A program made the translations under genes and the position numbers. This document shows positions 46,224 through 54,479 of a DNA stretch of 64,000 nt, in pieces. The notes beneath the pieces were generated by a model. The model saw only the letters and a list, made by a program, of their open reading frames with translations, had not been told where the DNA came from and made no database searches. The stretch is from Kiritimatiellia bacterium (GTDB lineage: Bacteria > Verrucomicrobiota > Kiritimatiellia > CAIKKV01), in the NCBI GenBank assembly GCA_046484345.1, contig JAWOJA010000067.1, forward strand, positions 22,905-86,904. Direction: 5' to 3'. The number at the start of each line of letters is the position of its first letter. Position 1 is the stretch's first letter.

Positions 46224-49200
46224 TTATTTCTCCAGTGTGAGCAGGTCCTGCACTTCTTCCCAGGTGAGGGCCTGGAGGATGGACTCGTCGGTTGAAAGCG
46301 TGGCGTCGATGACCGCTTGTTTGCGTTTTTGCATTTCGAGGACCTTTTCCTCGATCGTGCCGCGCGTGAGGAGCTTGATGCCGTAGACGGTGCGTTTCTG
46401 GCCGATGCGGTAGGCGCGGTCGGTGGCCTGCTGTTCCACGGCGGGGTTCCACCAGGGATCGTAATGGATGACCATGTCGGCCCCGGTGAGGTTGAGGCCC
46501 GTGCCGCCGGCCTTGAGGCTGATGAGGAACAGGGGGATCTCGCGGTCGGAGTTGAACTGGTGCACGATTTTTTGGCGTTCTTTTGTGGAGCCGTCCAGGT
46601 AGCAGAAGGGGATCTGGCGCGACTGCAGTTCCTGTTTGAGGATGGTCAGCATGGAGACGAACTGGCTGAAGACGAGGATGCGGTGGCCGCCGTCGAGCGC
46701 CTCGTCGAGCAGTTCGAAGAAAAGGTCCGTCTTGGCCGACGGCTGGCCGGGCGGCAGGCCGGGCAGCTTGAGCAAATCGAGATGGCAGCAGGCCTGGCGC
46801 AGCTGGAGGAGCGTCTTGAGAATTTCAATGGTGCAGCGCTTGAAGCCCTGGGTGGCCACCATGTCCTCGAGCTTGCGGCGGGAGGACTCGACCAGCGCGC
46901 GGTAGACCTGTTTCTGTTCGGGGGCCAGGGAGCAGAGCGCCACGCGCTCGATCTTGGGCGGCAGGTCTTTGGCCACATCGGCCTTGAGGCGGCGGAGCAT
47001 GAAGGGGCCAAGCTTGCGGCGCAGCCGGATCTGGGCCTCCTCGCCCTCGAAACCGCCCCCGGCGATCGGCGCCTCGTAATGACGGCGGAAGGAATCGTGG
47101 GAGCCCAGGTAGCCTGGCATGAGGAAGTCGAGGATGGACCAGAGGTCGGAGACGCTGTTTTCGATGGGCGTGCCGGTGAGCACCAGGCGCTGGGCGGCCC
47201 GGAGGCGCTTGGCGGTGATGGCGTTCTGGGTCGAGCGGTTTTTGATGTGCTGGGCCTCGTCGAGCACGAGCACGGAGAAGTCAAAATTCAGGTACTGGTC
47301 CACATCCCGGCGTATCAGGGCGTAGGAAGTCACGACCAGGTCGGATTCGGGGATCCGGCCCCAGAGGGTGTGGCGGTCGTTGCCGGTCAGGCACAGCACC
47401 CGCAAGCCCGGGGCGAACTTGGCGGCCTCCTCGGCCCAGTTTTCCACGAGGCTGGTGGGGCAGATGATGAGGGCGGGCTTGCCCACATATTCGGGATGGC
47501 GCCGTTCGAGCGTCAGCCAGGCGAGGGTTTGGAGGGTTTTGCCCAGGCCCATCTCGTCGGCCAGAATGCCGCAGAAGCCGTTGCGTTCCAGGAACCGGAG
47601 CCAGGCGATGCCGTCTTTCTGGTACGGCCGCAGGACGGCCTGGATGGCGGGCGTTGCCACGGCCTCGATGGTGACCTTGCCGGCCTGTTCGGCGGCCTGG
47701 TCGCGCCACGGGGCGGGCATTTCCACGTCCACGCCGTCGAGCGCGTCGATGGAGGACTTGACGTAGGCGGAGTAGAGGCGGGGCAGCCGGAAGGTGCCGG
47801 GGCGGGAGCCCTCGGTGCTGGCGCAGTCGCGGAACACGCGGTTCATGGATTCCACGGCGTCGATGTCGATCAGCACCAGTTTCCCGTCGCGGTGGATGAA
47901 CGATTCGCCCTTGAGAATGGCGCGCTGGATATCGGCCATGGGAAGGGTCTGGCCGTTGAGTTCGTAATCGAAGCCGATTTCGAACCACTCGTGATGGGGA
48001 GCGTCGGTGACGCGGATGACGGGCGTCACGGAGGGGAGCTCTTCGAGGTAGGGGGCCACGCGGCCTTCGAGTTCGACCTTCCAGCCCGCCCGGCGCAGGG
48101 TGGGCAGCTTGCTGCCGATGAAGCTGAGCACTTCGCGCTCGCCGACGATATGGCTGAGGGTGTCGCCCGTTTCGCCGCTGAAGCCGAAGTGCCGAAGGTT
48201 GTCGAGGGCGCGCCGTTCGCTGTGGGGGCTGCGGACGAAGTAGCGCAGGGGGTCGGCCGGATCGGGCAGGCAGAAGCGGGCGTTGGGATCGGCCACCTTT
48301 CCGGCGACCAGGCTTTTGCCGTCATACTCGGCATAGAGGATGGCGGAGAGGGAGGCGGGGCTGCCCCGCACGGCCAGGCGGAATGTGGGAGTGGCCGGCT
48401 CGATGGTAAACCACTCGGTGGACACCTCCGTATCGACCCGGATGAGCTTGGCGAGGTTGGGCAGTTCGACTTCGAAAAAGCGGGGCACGGCGGGCCGCGG
48501 GATGCGGACGGTTCCGTTGTACAGGTCGTGCAGGGGGTCGGGCAGCAACGTTTCGAGGGGCCAGAAGCGGCCGTTGCTGAAGACCCAGGCCTTGGAGTCG
48601 TGGGCGAGGTGGAAGGGCGGGGTCTCATCGGCCCCGTAAGGAATTTCGGTGTGCAGATTCAGCACCAGCTCCCCGGATTCGGTATCCAGGTCGATGCGCA
48701 GGCGGGAGGGCAGCCTGGGGGTCATGACCTCCAGGGGGTCGGACCGGCCGTCCTCGTAGAAGGGGCGGCCCTCGTGCAGATCGAGGAGATTGAGAAAATC
48801 GAATTTGGAAAGGGTCAGGGTGCCGCCCGGGGGGCCCCCGGCGATATCTTCCAGCACGAAGAGGACGGCCTCGTCGCGGCGGGGGAAGGCGAAGGTGGTT
48901 GTCCGGGGCACGGCGTCGAGCGGATGGCGGGCGCCCTCGTATTCCGCCTCGAGCGTCACGGGCACGCAGCCGCGGCTCCAGCCCTCGCGCCATTCGCGGT
49001 ACAGGGTGAGACGGATGGCGGCGGGAACGGAATCGGGGGTGCCGGGTGGCGCCCGGCGGATGTAAATGCTTTCATCGATGGTGGCGAGTTTCTGGGCCCG
49101 CAGGCGCTCTTCTTCCCGGCGCGGCTCGCGCTGGGGGTCGTGTTGGCGGTGGAGCAGGGCCAGGCCGAGGGCGATGACGTGGCTGCAGATGATGCCGCGC

Positions 49201-49424
49201 TCGGTGCTGTCCCGGCAGGGGCAGGCGTTTTCGGCGCTGCCGTTGGGGAGGATGCGGGCGGCGGTGCGCATGGCGCGCCCGGCGCGCAGGATGGTGCCGC
49301 GGATGTGGGGCGGCTCGAATTCCGCCTCCTTGACCAGTCCGTTTTCGAAAAGTATCTGCCCGTCGCGGAACACGGAGGGGCCCGCCCAGTCGACCAGCAT
49401 TTTTTGCGTAACCGGAAAACTCAT
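46224..49424 (-). CDS. SWIM zinc finger + SNF2-family helicase
   Basis: CPC...CSH SWIM, LADEMGLGKT, DEAQ, LTGTPIEN, DPWWNP, DRAYRIGQ; start ATG 49424 overlaps the prmA stop. Confidence 0.95.
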   Translation of the reverse strand: MSFPVTQKMLVDWAGPSVFRDGQILFENGLVKEAEFEPPHIRGTILRAGRAMRTAARILPNGSAENACPCRDSTERGIICSHVIALGLALLHRQHDPQREPRREEERLRAQKLATIDESIYIRRAPPGTPDSVPAAIRLTLYREWREGWSRGCVPVTLEAEYEGARHPLDAVPRTTTFAFPRRDEAVLFVLEDIAGGPPGGTLTLSKFDFLNLLDLHEGRPFYEDGRSDPLEVMTPRLPSRLRIDLDTESGELVLNLHTEIPYGADETPPFHLAHDSKAWVFSNGRFWPLETLLPDPLHDLYNGTVRIPRPAVPRFFEVELPNLAKLIRVDTEVSTEWFTIEPATPTFRLAVRGSPASLSAILYAEYDGKSLVAGKVADPNARFCLPDPADPLRYFVRSPHSERRALDNLRHFGFSGETGDTLSHIVGEREVLSFIGSKLPTLRRAGWKVELEGRVAPYLEELPSVTPVIRVTDAPHHEWFEIGFDYELNGQTLPMADIQRAILKGESFIHRDGKLVLIDIDAVESMNRVFRDCASTEGSRPGTFRLPRLYSAYVKSSIDALDGVDVEMPAPWRDQAAEQAGKVTIEAVATPAIQAVLRPYQKDGIAWLRFLERNGFCGILADEMGLGKTLQTLAWLTLERRHPEYVGKPALIICPTSLVENWAEEAAKFAPGLRVLCLTGNDRHTLWGRIPESDLVVTSYALIRRDVDQYLNFDFSVLVLDEAQHIKNRSTQNAITAKRLRAAQRLVLTGTPIENSVSDLWSILDFLMPGYLGSHDSFRRHYEAPIAGGGFEGEEAQIRLRRKLGPFMLRRLKADVAKDLPPKIERVALCSLAPEQKQVYRALVESSRRKLEDMVATQGFKRCTIEILKTLLQLRQACCHLDLLKLPGLPPGQPSAKTDLFFELLDEALDGGHRILVFSQFVSMLTILKQELQSRQIPFCYLDGSTKERQKIVHQFNSDREIPLFLISLKAGGTGLNLTGADMVIHYDPWWNPAVEQQATDRAYRIGQKRTVYGIKLLTRGTIEEKVLEMQKRKQAVIDATLSTDESILQALTWEEVQDLLTLEK

Positions 49425-50296
49425 GCCCTCTCCCACCATCCGCTGGTCCATCCCTCCAGCGTCATTTGTTTTCGTTCTTGAAATCCGCAGGCGACAAAGG
49501 CTTCCGCTATTTCCGGGTATTGCCGCACCAGGATGCCGGCCAGCAAAAGTACGGCGCCGGGGCGCGGATTGCAAAGGCGTTTGGAGAAAAGAGGCGCCGC
49601 GATTTTCAGAATCGGGGCCTCGATGTTGGCGGCCACCACGTCGAAGGACGCCGGCGGCGCATAGGCCAGCACATCGGCCGTTTCAAGAGCCGCCGGTGCG
49701 GCATTGTGGCGGCAGTTTTCGGCGGCCTGTTCGACGGCGGAGGCGTCGAGGTCGATGGCCGTTACGGGGCCGAACCCCAGCTTGACCGCCGCAATGGAAA
49801 GAATGCCGGAGCCGCAGCCGGCATCCAGCAGGGTGCCGGTGCGGCCGGAGGCGGCCAGTTCGTCCAGGAAGCATATGCAGGCGCGGGTGGTGCCGTGCTG
49901 GCCCGTGCCGAAACACATGCCCGCGTCGATGACCACTTCGCGGTCGCCGGGCCGAAGGGGCAGGGTTTCCCAGGAGGGGCGGACGATGACGCGGTCGGAA
50001 ACCCGTTCGGCGTGGAAAAACCGTTTCCAGCTCTCCGCCCAGTCCTCGCGGGGAATGGCATCCACCGCGATTTGCCAGGGTTCGCCCCGGCAGAGTTCGC
50101 CCGTCAGCCGGGCGAGGTCGGCGGCGGCGAGGTCGGCGGCGGCCTGGTCGGGCGCGAACATATCCACGCGGGCCAGCGTGCCCTCGGCATCCGTCCAAAC
50201 CGAAACGGCATAGCCGGCGCCCGGCAGAGCCTCCTCCAGCACCTCGGCCAGGGCCGGGATTGTCGAGATGGAAATGCGGAAAAGGGTATGGATCAT
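49421..50296 (-). CDS. prmA: ribosomal protein L11 methyltransferase
   Basis: DWAESWKRFF, GMCFGTGQHGTT, LDAGCGSGILS, VAANI. Confidence 0.92.
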   Translation of the reverse strand: MIHTLFRISISTIPALAEVLEEALPGAGYAVSVWTDAEGTLARVDMFAPDQAAADLAAADLARLTGELCRGEPWQIAVDAIPREDWAESWKRFFHAERVSDRVIVRPSWETLPLRPGDREVVIDAGMCFGTGQHGTTRACICFLDELAASGRTGTLLDAGCGSGILSIAAVKLGFGPVTAIDLDASAVEQAAENCRHNAAPAALETADVLAYAPPASFDVVAANIEAPILKIAAPLFSKRLCNPRPGAVLLLAGILVRQYPEIAEAFVACGFQERKQMTLEGWTSGWWERA

Positions 50297-51300
50297 GGGG
50301 TGTCGGTTTTCTTGAACGATCGCCGGACATAGGGCTTGGCGGTGGAGGGGGCGCCGTCGGGGCCCAGGGCCTGCCGGTTGCAGCCCGCGAGGGCCAGCAC
50401 CTCATCCGCGGTTTTGAAATGACATTTCACCGTTTCGAGCAGCACGGCGGGCCCGTGCTTGCGCACCAGGTCGAGGGCGGTTTCCTTGACCAGGGCGGAG
50501 GCGCCTTTCGGAATCTTCACGCCGTAGCGCTCCTGCAGCTCGAGCAGGGCGGCGAGGAACCGGTCGCGCGCGAGAATGGAGGCGGCGGCCACGGCCATGT
50601 CGGATTCGGCCTTGTGGCGCTGGTCCAGCTTGATCGTCTTGCCGCGCGTCAGCAATGCCCGTTCGATCAGTTTTTTGTCGGCAAACTGGTCCGAAAGGGC
50701 GCGGGGGCAGTCGGGTGCTTTTTCGAGCACATTTTCGATGGTGCGGGCATGGCCCCAGGCGAGCATGCGGTTCACGTTGCGCATTTTTCGGTACAGTTCG
50801 TTGTATTTGCGCGGGCTGACGGCGATGACCGACACCTTGTCGCCCACCCGTTCGCGGATGGCGCGGGCGAGTTGGCGGGCCTTGGCGTCGCTCGTGATGC
50901 GCTTGCTGTCCTTGATGCCGATTTCGCGGAAGACCTTGATGAGCGGGGCGGTGACATAAACGGCGGCGACGACGAGCGGACCGAAGAAATCGCCCTTGCC
51001 GCTTTCGTCCACCCCGATGTGGGCCGAGGATCCATCGGGATCCACCACGTCTTCGTAACCGATCTTAACTTTCTGCAGCACAACGGGTTCCATGTTGAAC
51101 AGGACGAAATCGGAGGCGCCTGAACCCTGGACGAGGCATTTGCCGCTTTTGTAGAGCGAGACGCGAAAGCCGTTCCCTTCGACCGCGATGCGGGTGTGTT
51201 CGACCTGCACGGGCCGGTAGTTGCCGTTTTGGAGCAGCGCGATCAGCGCCTGTTGCTGAGGTTCGCTGAGCACGAACGTGAAGGAATTTTGGGTCGGCAT
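50293..51300 (-). CDS. rnhC: ribonuclease HIII
   Basis: N-terminal TBP-like domain (YKSGKCLVQG), IGVDESGKGDFFGPL, DSK, AVAAASILAR. Confidence 0.93.
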   Translation of the reverse strand: MPTQNSFTFVLSEPQQQALIALLQNGNYRPVQVEHTRIAVEGNGFRVSLYKSGKCLVQGSGASDFVLFNMEPVVLQKVKIGYEDVVDPDGSSAHIGVDESGKGDFFGPLVVAAVYVTAPLIKVFREIGIKDSKRITSDAKARQLARAIRERVGDKVSVIAVSPRKYNELYRKMRNVNRMLAWGHARTIENVLEKAPDCPRALSDQFADKKLIERALLTRGKTIKLDQRHKAESDMAVAAASILARDRFLAALLELQERYGVKIPKGASALVKETALDLVRKHGPAVLLETVKCHFKTADEVLALAGCNRQALGPDGAPSTAKPYVRRSFKKTDTP

Positions 51301-51387
51301 AACGGTAAAAGTTAGCACACAAAGGGCGGGATGTCACAAGAAAAACGCCGTCTTGGCTTTCGGCGTCCCTTGTGGTAGGATGGGGAC

Positions 51388-52290
51388 ATGATGAAGTGGG
51401 TAATCCAGTGTCTCCTTATTTTTGCCGCCGGCGCCATTCTGGCCGCCGACGGGACGGGGGGCGATTTTTCGCGTTATTCTGTGATCATGGAGCGTCAGCC
51501 TTTTGGTCTTCCCCCGAGCGCCGCGGCTCAGGCGGAGGGCGGGGCGCCCGTGGCGGCGGATTCCTTTGCTTCGCACGTCCGGTTGACCGTCCTGATGCAG
51601 GAGGACGGCGGGCAAGTCCGGGTGGGCTTTGTGGATAAGAAGCAGAAGGACAAACTGTACATGCTGGCGGTGGGCGAGCGGGAGGACGACTACGAGGTCC
51701 TGGAAGCGAATCTGCCCGAAGAAATGGCCAAGATCCGCAAGGGGGCCGAGGAGCAATGGCTGTCGATGAAAGCGGCCGGGGCCGTTGGCGCGCCGCCGCC
51801 TCTTCGCGTCATGGACATCCGGCCGTCGGACGGCTCCGCCACGGGGATGATTTCAGGGTTGCGCCGCCAAACGCGGTATGCCGCTCTGCGCCGGGCCGAA
51901 ATCGAGAGGGAAAAGCTGGCCGAAGACGCCAGGAAGCGGGGAGTTTTCCGCGAACCGCCCGATGAAGACGACGACGAGGAGGAGGTGACGCCGCCGCCCC
52001 CGCCGCCCGACGTGGAGGAAGAGGACGACGACGAGGGCGACAACAGCGGCGAGATTGCGGTGACGGTCGCCCAGCCCGGGGATGAGGACGACGAGGAGGA
52101 CGAGGCCGACGAGGATCAGGTCGTCCGGGAGGCGGAGATCCAGCAGCATCTTCAAAATTACCAGAAGGTCTTGATCAAGGAGGGGTTGCCCCCGTTGCCG
52201 GTCCCCCTGACCGCCAAGACGGACGCCGAACTAGTTAAGGCGGGCGTTCTGCAGCCGCTCCCGGCGGCGGACGACGAGGATGAGGAGTAG
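51388..52290 (+). CDS. exported hypothetical protein with long acidic tract
   Basis: Signal peptide, YSVIMERQPFG, D/E-rich segment, C-terminal GLPPLPVPLT...LVKAGVL. Confidence 0.8.
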   Translation: MMKWVIQCLLIFAAGAILAADGTGGDFSRYSVIMERQPFGLPPSAAAQAEGGAPVAADSFASHVRLTVLMQEDGGQVRVGFVDKKQKDKLYMLAVGEREDDYEVLEANLPEEMAKIRKGAEEQWLSMKAAGAVGAPPPLRVMDIRPSDGSATGMISGLRRQTRYAALRRAEIEREKLAEDARKRGVFREPPDEDDDEEEVTPPPPPPDVEEEDDDEGDNSGEIAVTVAQPGDEDDEEDEADEDQVVREAEIQQHLQNYQKVLIKEGLPPLPVPLTAKTDAELVKAGVLQPLPAADDEDEE

Positions 52291-52298
52291 TGGATCGG

Positions 52299-52964
52299 AT
52301 GAACAGCGCGGTGGTGCTTCTTTCGGGGGGGTTGGACTCCAGCGTTCTGCTGCACGAGGTGCGGCGCCGCGCGGGGGGCGGAGCGCTTCACGCGCTTTCC
52401 TTTTTTTATGGCCAAAAACATGCGCGCGAGCTGGAAATGGCGCAGGAGCAGGCGCGCCGGGCGGGCGTGGCCTCCCACCAGCTGGTGGAAATTACCTTTT
52501 TTGGAGACATGATCCGGGGGGCCTCGGCCCTGACCGATGAGGCGATTCCGGTGCCCGATCTCGCCGCTCTTTCGGCGGCGCAGCGGGCGCAGCCGCCGAC
52601 GTATGTGCCCAACCGGAACATGGTGCTGCTTGCGCTGGCGGCGGCCCGGGCCGAAGCGATCGGGGCGCGGGATGTTTTCTACGGGGCGCAGCGGCAGGAC
52701 CGGTACGGCTATTGGGATTGCACGCCCGAATTCGTCGGGCGGATGAATGAGGCGCTGGCCTTGAACCGCGGCGGGGCCGTCCGGGTGCATGCGCCCTTTG
52801 TGGATTTTTCTAAAGCCGACATTGTCCGGTTGGGGGTGGAGTTGGGCGTGGATTTTTCCCGCACCTGGTCCTGTTACCGGGGCGTTGCGCCCGCCTGCGG
52901 AACCTGTCCCACCTGCGTGGAGCGCGCGGCCGCGTTCCGCGAGGCCGGCGTGGCCGACGGCTGA
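52299..52964 (+). CDS. queC: 7-cyano-7-deazaguanine synthase
   Basis: LSGGLDS, YGQKH, TYVPNRN, YWDCTPEF, TWSCY, CGTCPTC. Confidence 0.95.
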   Translation: MNSAVVLLSGGLDSSVLLHEVRRRAGGGALHALSFFYGQKHARELEMAQEQARRAGVASHQLVEITFFGDMIRGASALTDEAIPVPDLAALSAAQRAQPPTYVPNRNMVLLALAAARAEAIGARDVFYGAQRQDRYGYWDCTPEFVGRMNEALALNRGGAVRVHAPFVDFSKADIVRLGVELGVDFSRTWSCYRGVAPACGTCPTCVERAAAFREAGVADG

Positions 52965-53044
52965 GGGCGCCGGACCGATTTGGATTGTGTAACCCCGGTT
53001 CGGTGATAGGATATGGCCGATACCCCAATGTGAGCGAGGATGTG

Positions 53045-54088
53045 ATGAAAGTGGCGATTGTCGGATATGCGCAGGCGGGCAAAAAGACCCTTTTCAAGTT
53101 GTTGACCAACCGGGACATTCCCCAGGGCCGCAAGGAGGACGAGGCGGTGGAGGGCGTGTCGCCGGTTTTCGATCCGCGGGTGGAGACGCTGGCGAAAATC
53201 TGCAAACCGCAGAAGACGCGTTACGCCGAAACGGTCATGGTGCTCTGTCCCGACGTGCCCGAGGGCGGCAAAGGCGCCTGGATGGATTCGGCCCGCAAGT
53301 GCGAGTTGCTTTGCGTGGTGTTGCGGGCCTTCACGGCCCCCGAGGTGTTTCATCCCCGCGGCACCGTGGATGCGGAACGGGACCGCTCCGACCTGGCCAC
53401 GGAAATCCTGTTTTCCGATGTGGACATGACCGACAAGCGGCTCGAGCGGATGGCCAAGGAAAAGCGGGCCGGCCAGACCGTGGCGCAGCAGCTCGAGGAG
53501 AAGGCCCTGCTCAAATGCCGCGAAGCGCTCGCCAAGGGGCAATGGCTCAAGGACGCCGGGCTGGACGAGAACGATTTGAAAGCCATCCGCACCCTTGGCC
53601 TGCTGACGCTGATGCCGGTTATCTGGGTGTATAACGTGGATGAGTCGGGCGTGCAGGCGGCCCTGGAGGCTGAACAAGCCGATCCGGCCGCGATCGTGGT
53701 ATCCTGCAAAATCGAGCGCGAAATCATGGCCATCGAGAACCGGGATGAACGCGCCGCCTTCTTAAGCGAAGTCGGCTTTTCCCAGTCCGGCCTGGAGCGG
53801 CTGAACGCGGCGGCCTACGACGCGCTCGGGCTGATGTCGTTTTATACGGCCGGCCCGGACGAGGTGCGCGCCTGGACCATCCGCAAGGGGAGCCCGGCGC
53901 CGGTGGCGGCGGGCAAGATCCACAGCGACATCGAGCGCGGGTTCATTCGGGCCGAAGTGACCAAGTTCGACGACCTGGTGGCGGCGGGCGGCGAGGCGGA
54001 GGCCAAGGCCAAGGGCAAGACGCAGGTCAAGGGGCGGGACTACGTCATCGAGGATGGGGACATCTGCCACTTCCGCTTCAGTGTTTAG
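53045..54088 (+). CDS. ychF: YchF/Ola1-family (DUF933) ATPase, divergent
   Basis: FYTAGPDEVRAW, AAGKIHSDIERGFIRAEV, DYVIEDGDICHFRF; atypical P-loop GYAQAGKKT. Confidence 0.85.
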   Translation: MKVAIVGYAQAGKKTLFKLLTNRDIPQGRKEDEAVEGVSPVFDPRVETLAKICKPQKTRYAETVMVLCPDVPEGGKGAWMDSARKCELLCVVLRAFTAPEVFHPRGTVDAERDRSDLATEILFSDVDMTDKRLERMAKEKRAGQTVAQQLEEKALLKCREALAKGQWLKDAGLDENDLKAIRTLGLLTLMPVIWVYNVDESGVQAALEAEQADPAAIVVSCKIEREIMAIENRDERAAFLSEVGFSQSGLERLNAAAYDALGLMSFYTAGPDEVRAWTIRKGSPAPVAAGKIHSDIERGFIRAEVTKFDDLVAAGGEAEAKAKGKTQVKGRDYVIEDGDICHFRFSV

Positions 54089-54477
54089 GGTGGGGGCGGA
54101 CTCCCGGGATCGGCCGGCATGTAAGCCTGGATGCAGTCGAGGAAGTTTTTCATCCGCACCGGTTTTGCCATGAAATCGGAACAGCCGGCCCGGAGCGCCT
54201 GGTCGCGATCGCTGCCCAGGGAATGGGCGGTTACGGCAATGACGGGGATCGCGCTCGTGAGCGGGTTTTGTTTCAGCCGGCGGGTGGCCTCCAGCCCGTC
54301 CATGCCCGGCAGGCCGATGTCCATGAGGATCAAGTCCGGTTTTTCCTGTTCCGCCATCGGCAGGCCCAATTCGCCGGATTCGGCCCAGAGGACCTTGTGG
54401 CCGACGGACTCCAGCATCAGGGAGAAGAGCTTCATGTTGGTGGGGTTGTCTTCCACCATGAGAATGGTTCCCGCCAT
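54085..54477 (-). CDS. single-domain response regulator (DivK-like)
   Basis: MVEDNPTN, PDLILMDIGLPGMDG, IAVTAH, KP. Confidence 0.93.
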   Translation of the reverse strand: MAGTILMVEDNPTNMKLFSLMLESVGHKVLWAESGELGLPMAEQEKPDLILMDIGLPGMDGLEATRRLKQNPLTSAIPVIAVTAHSLGSDRDQALRAGCSDFMAKPVRMKNFLDCIQAYMPADPGSPPPP

Positions 54478-54479
54478 GG

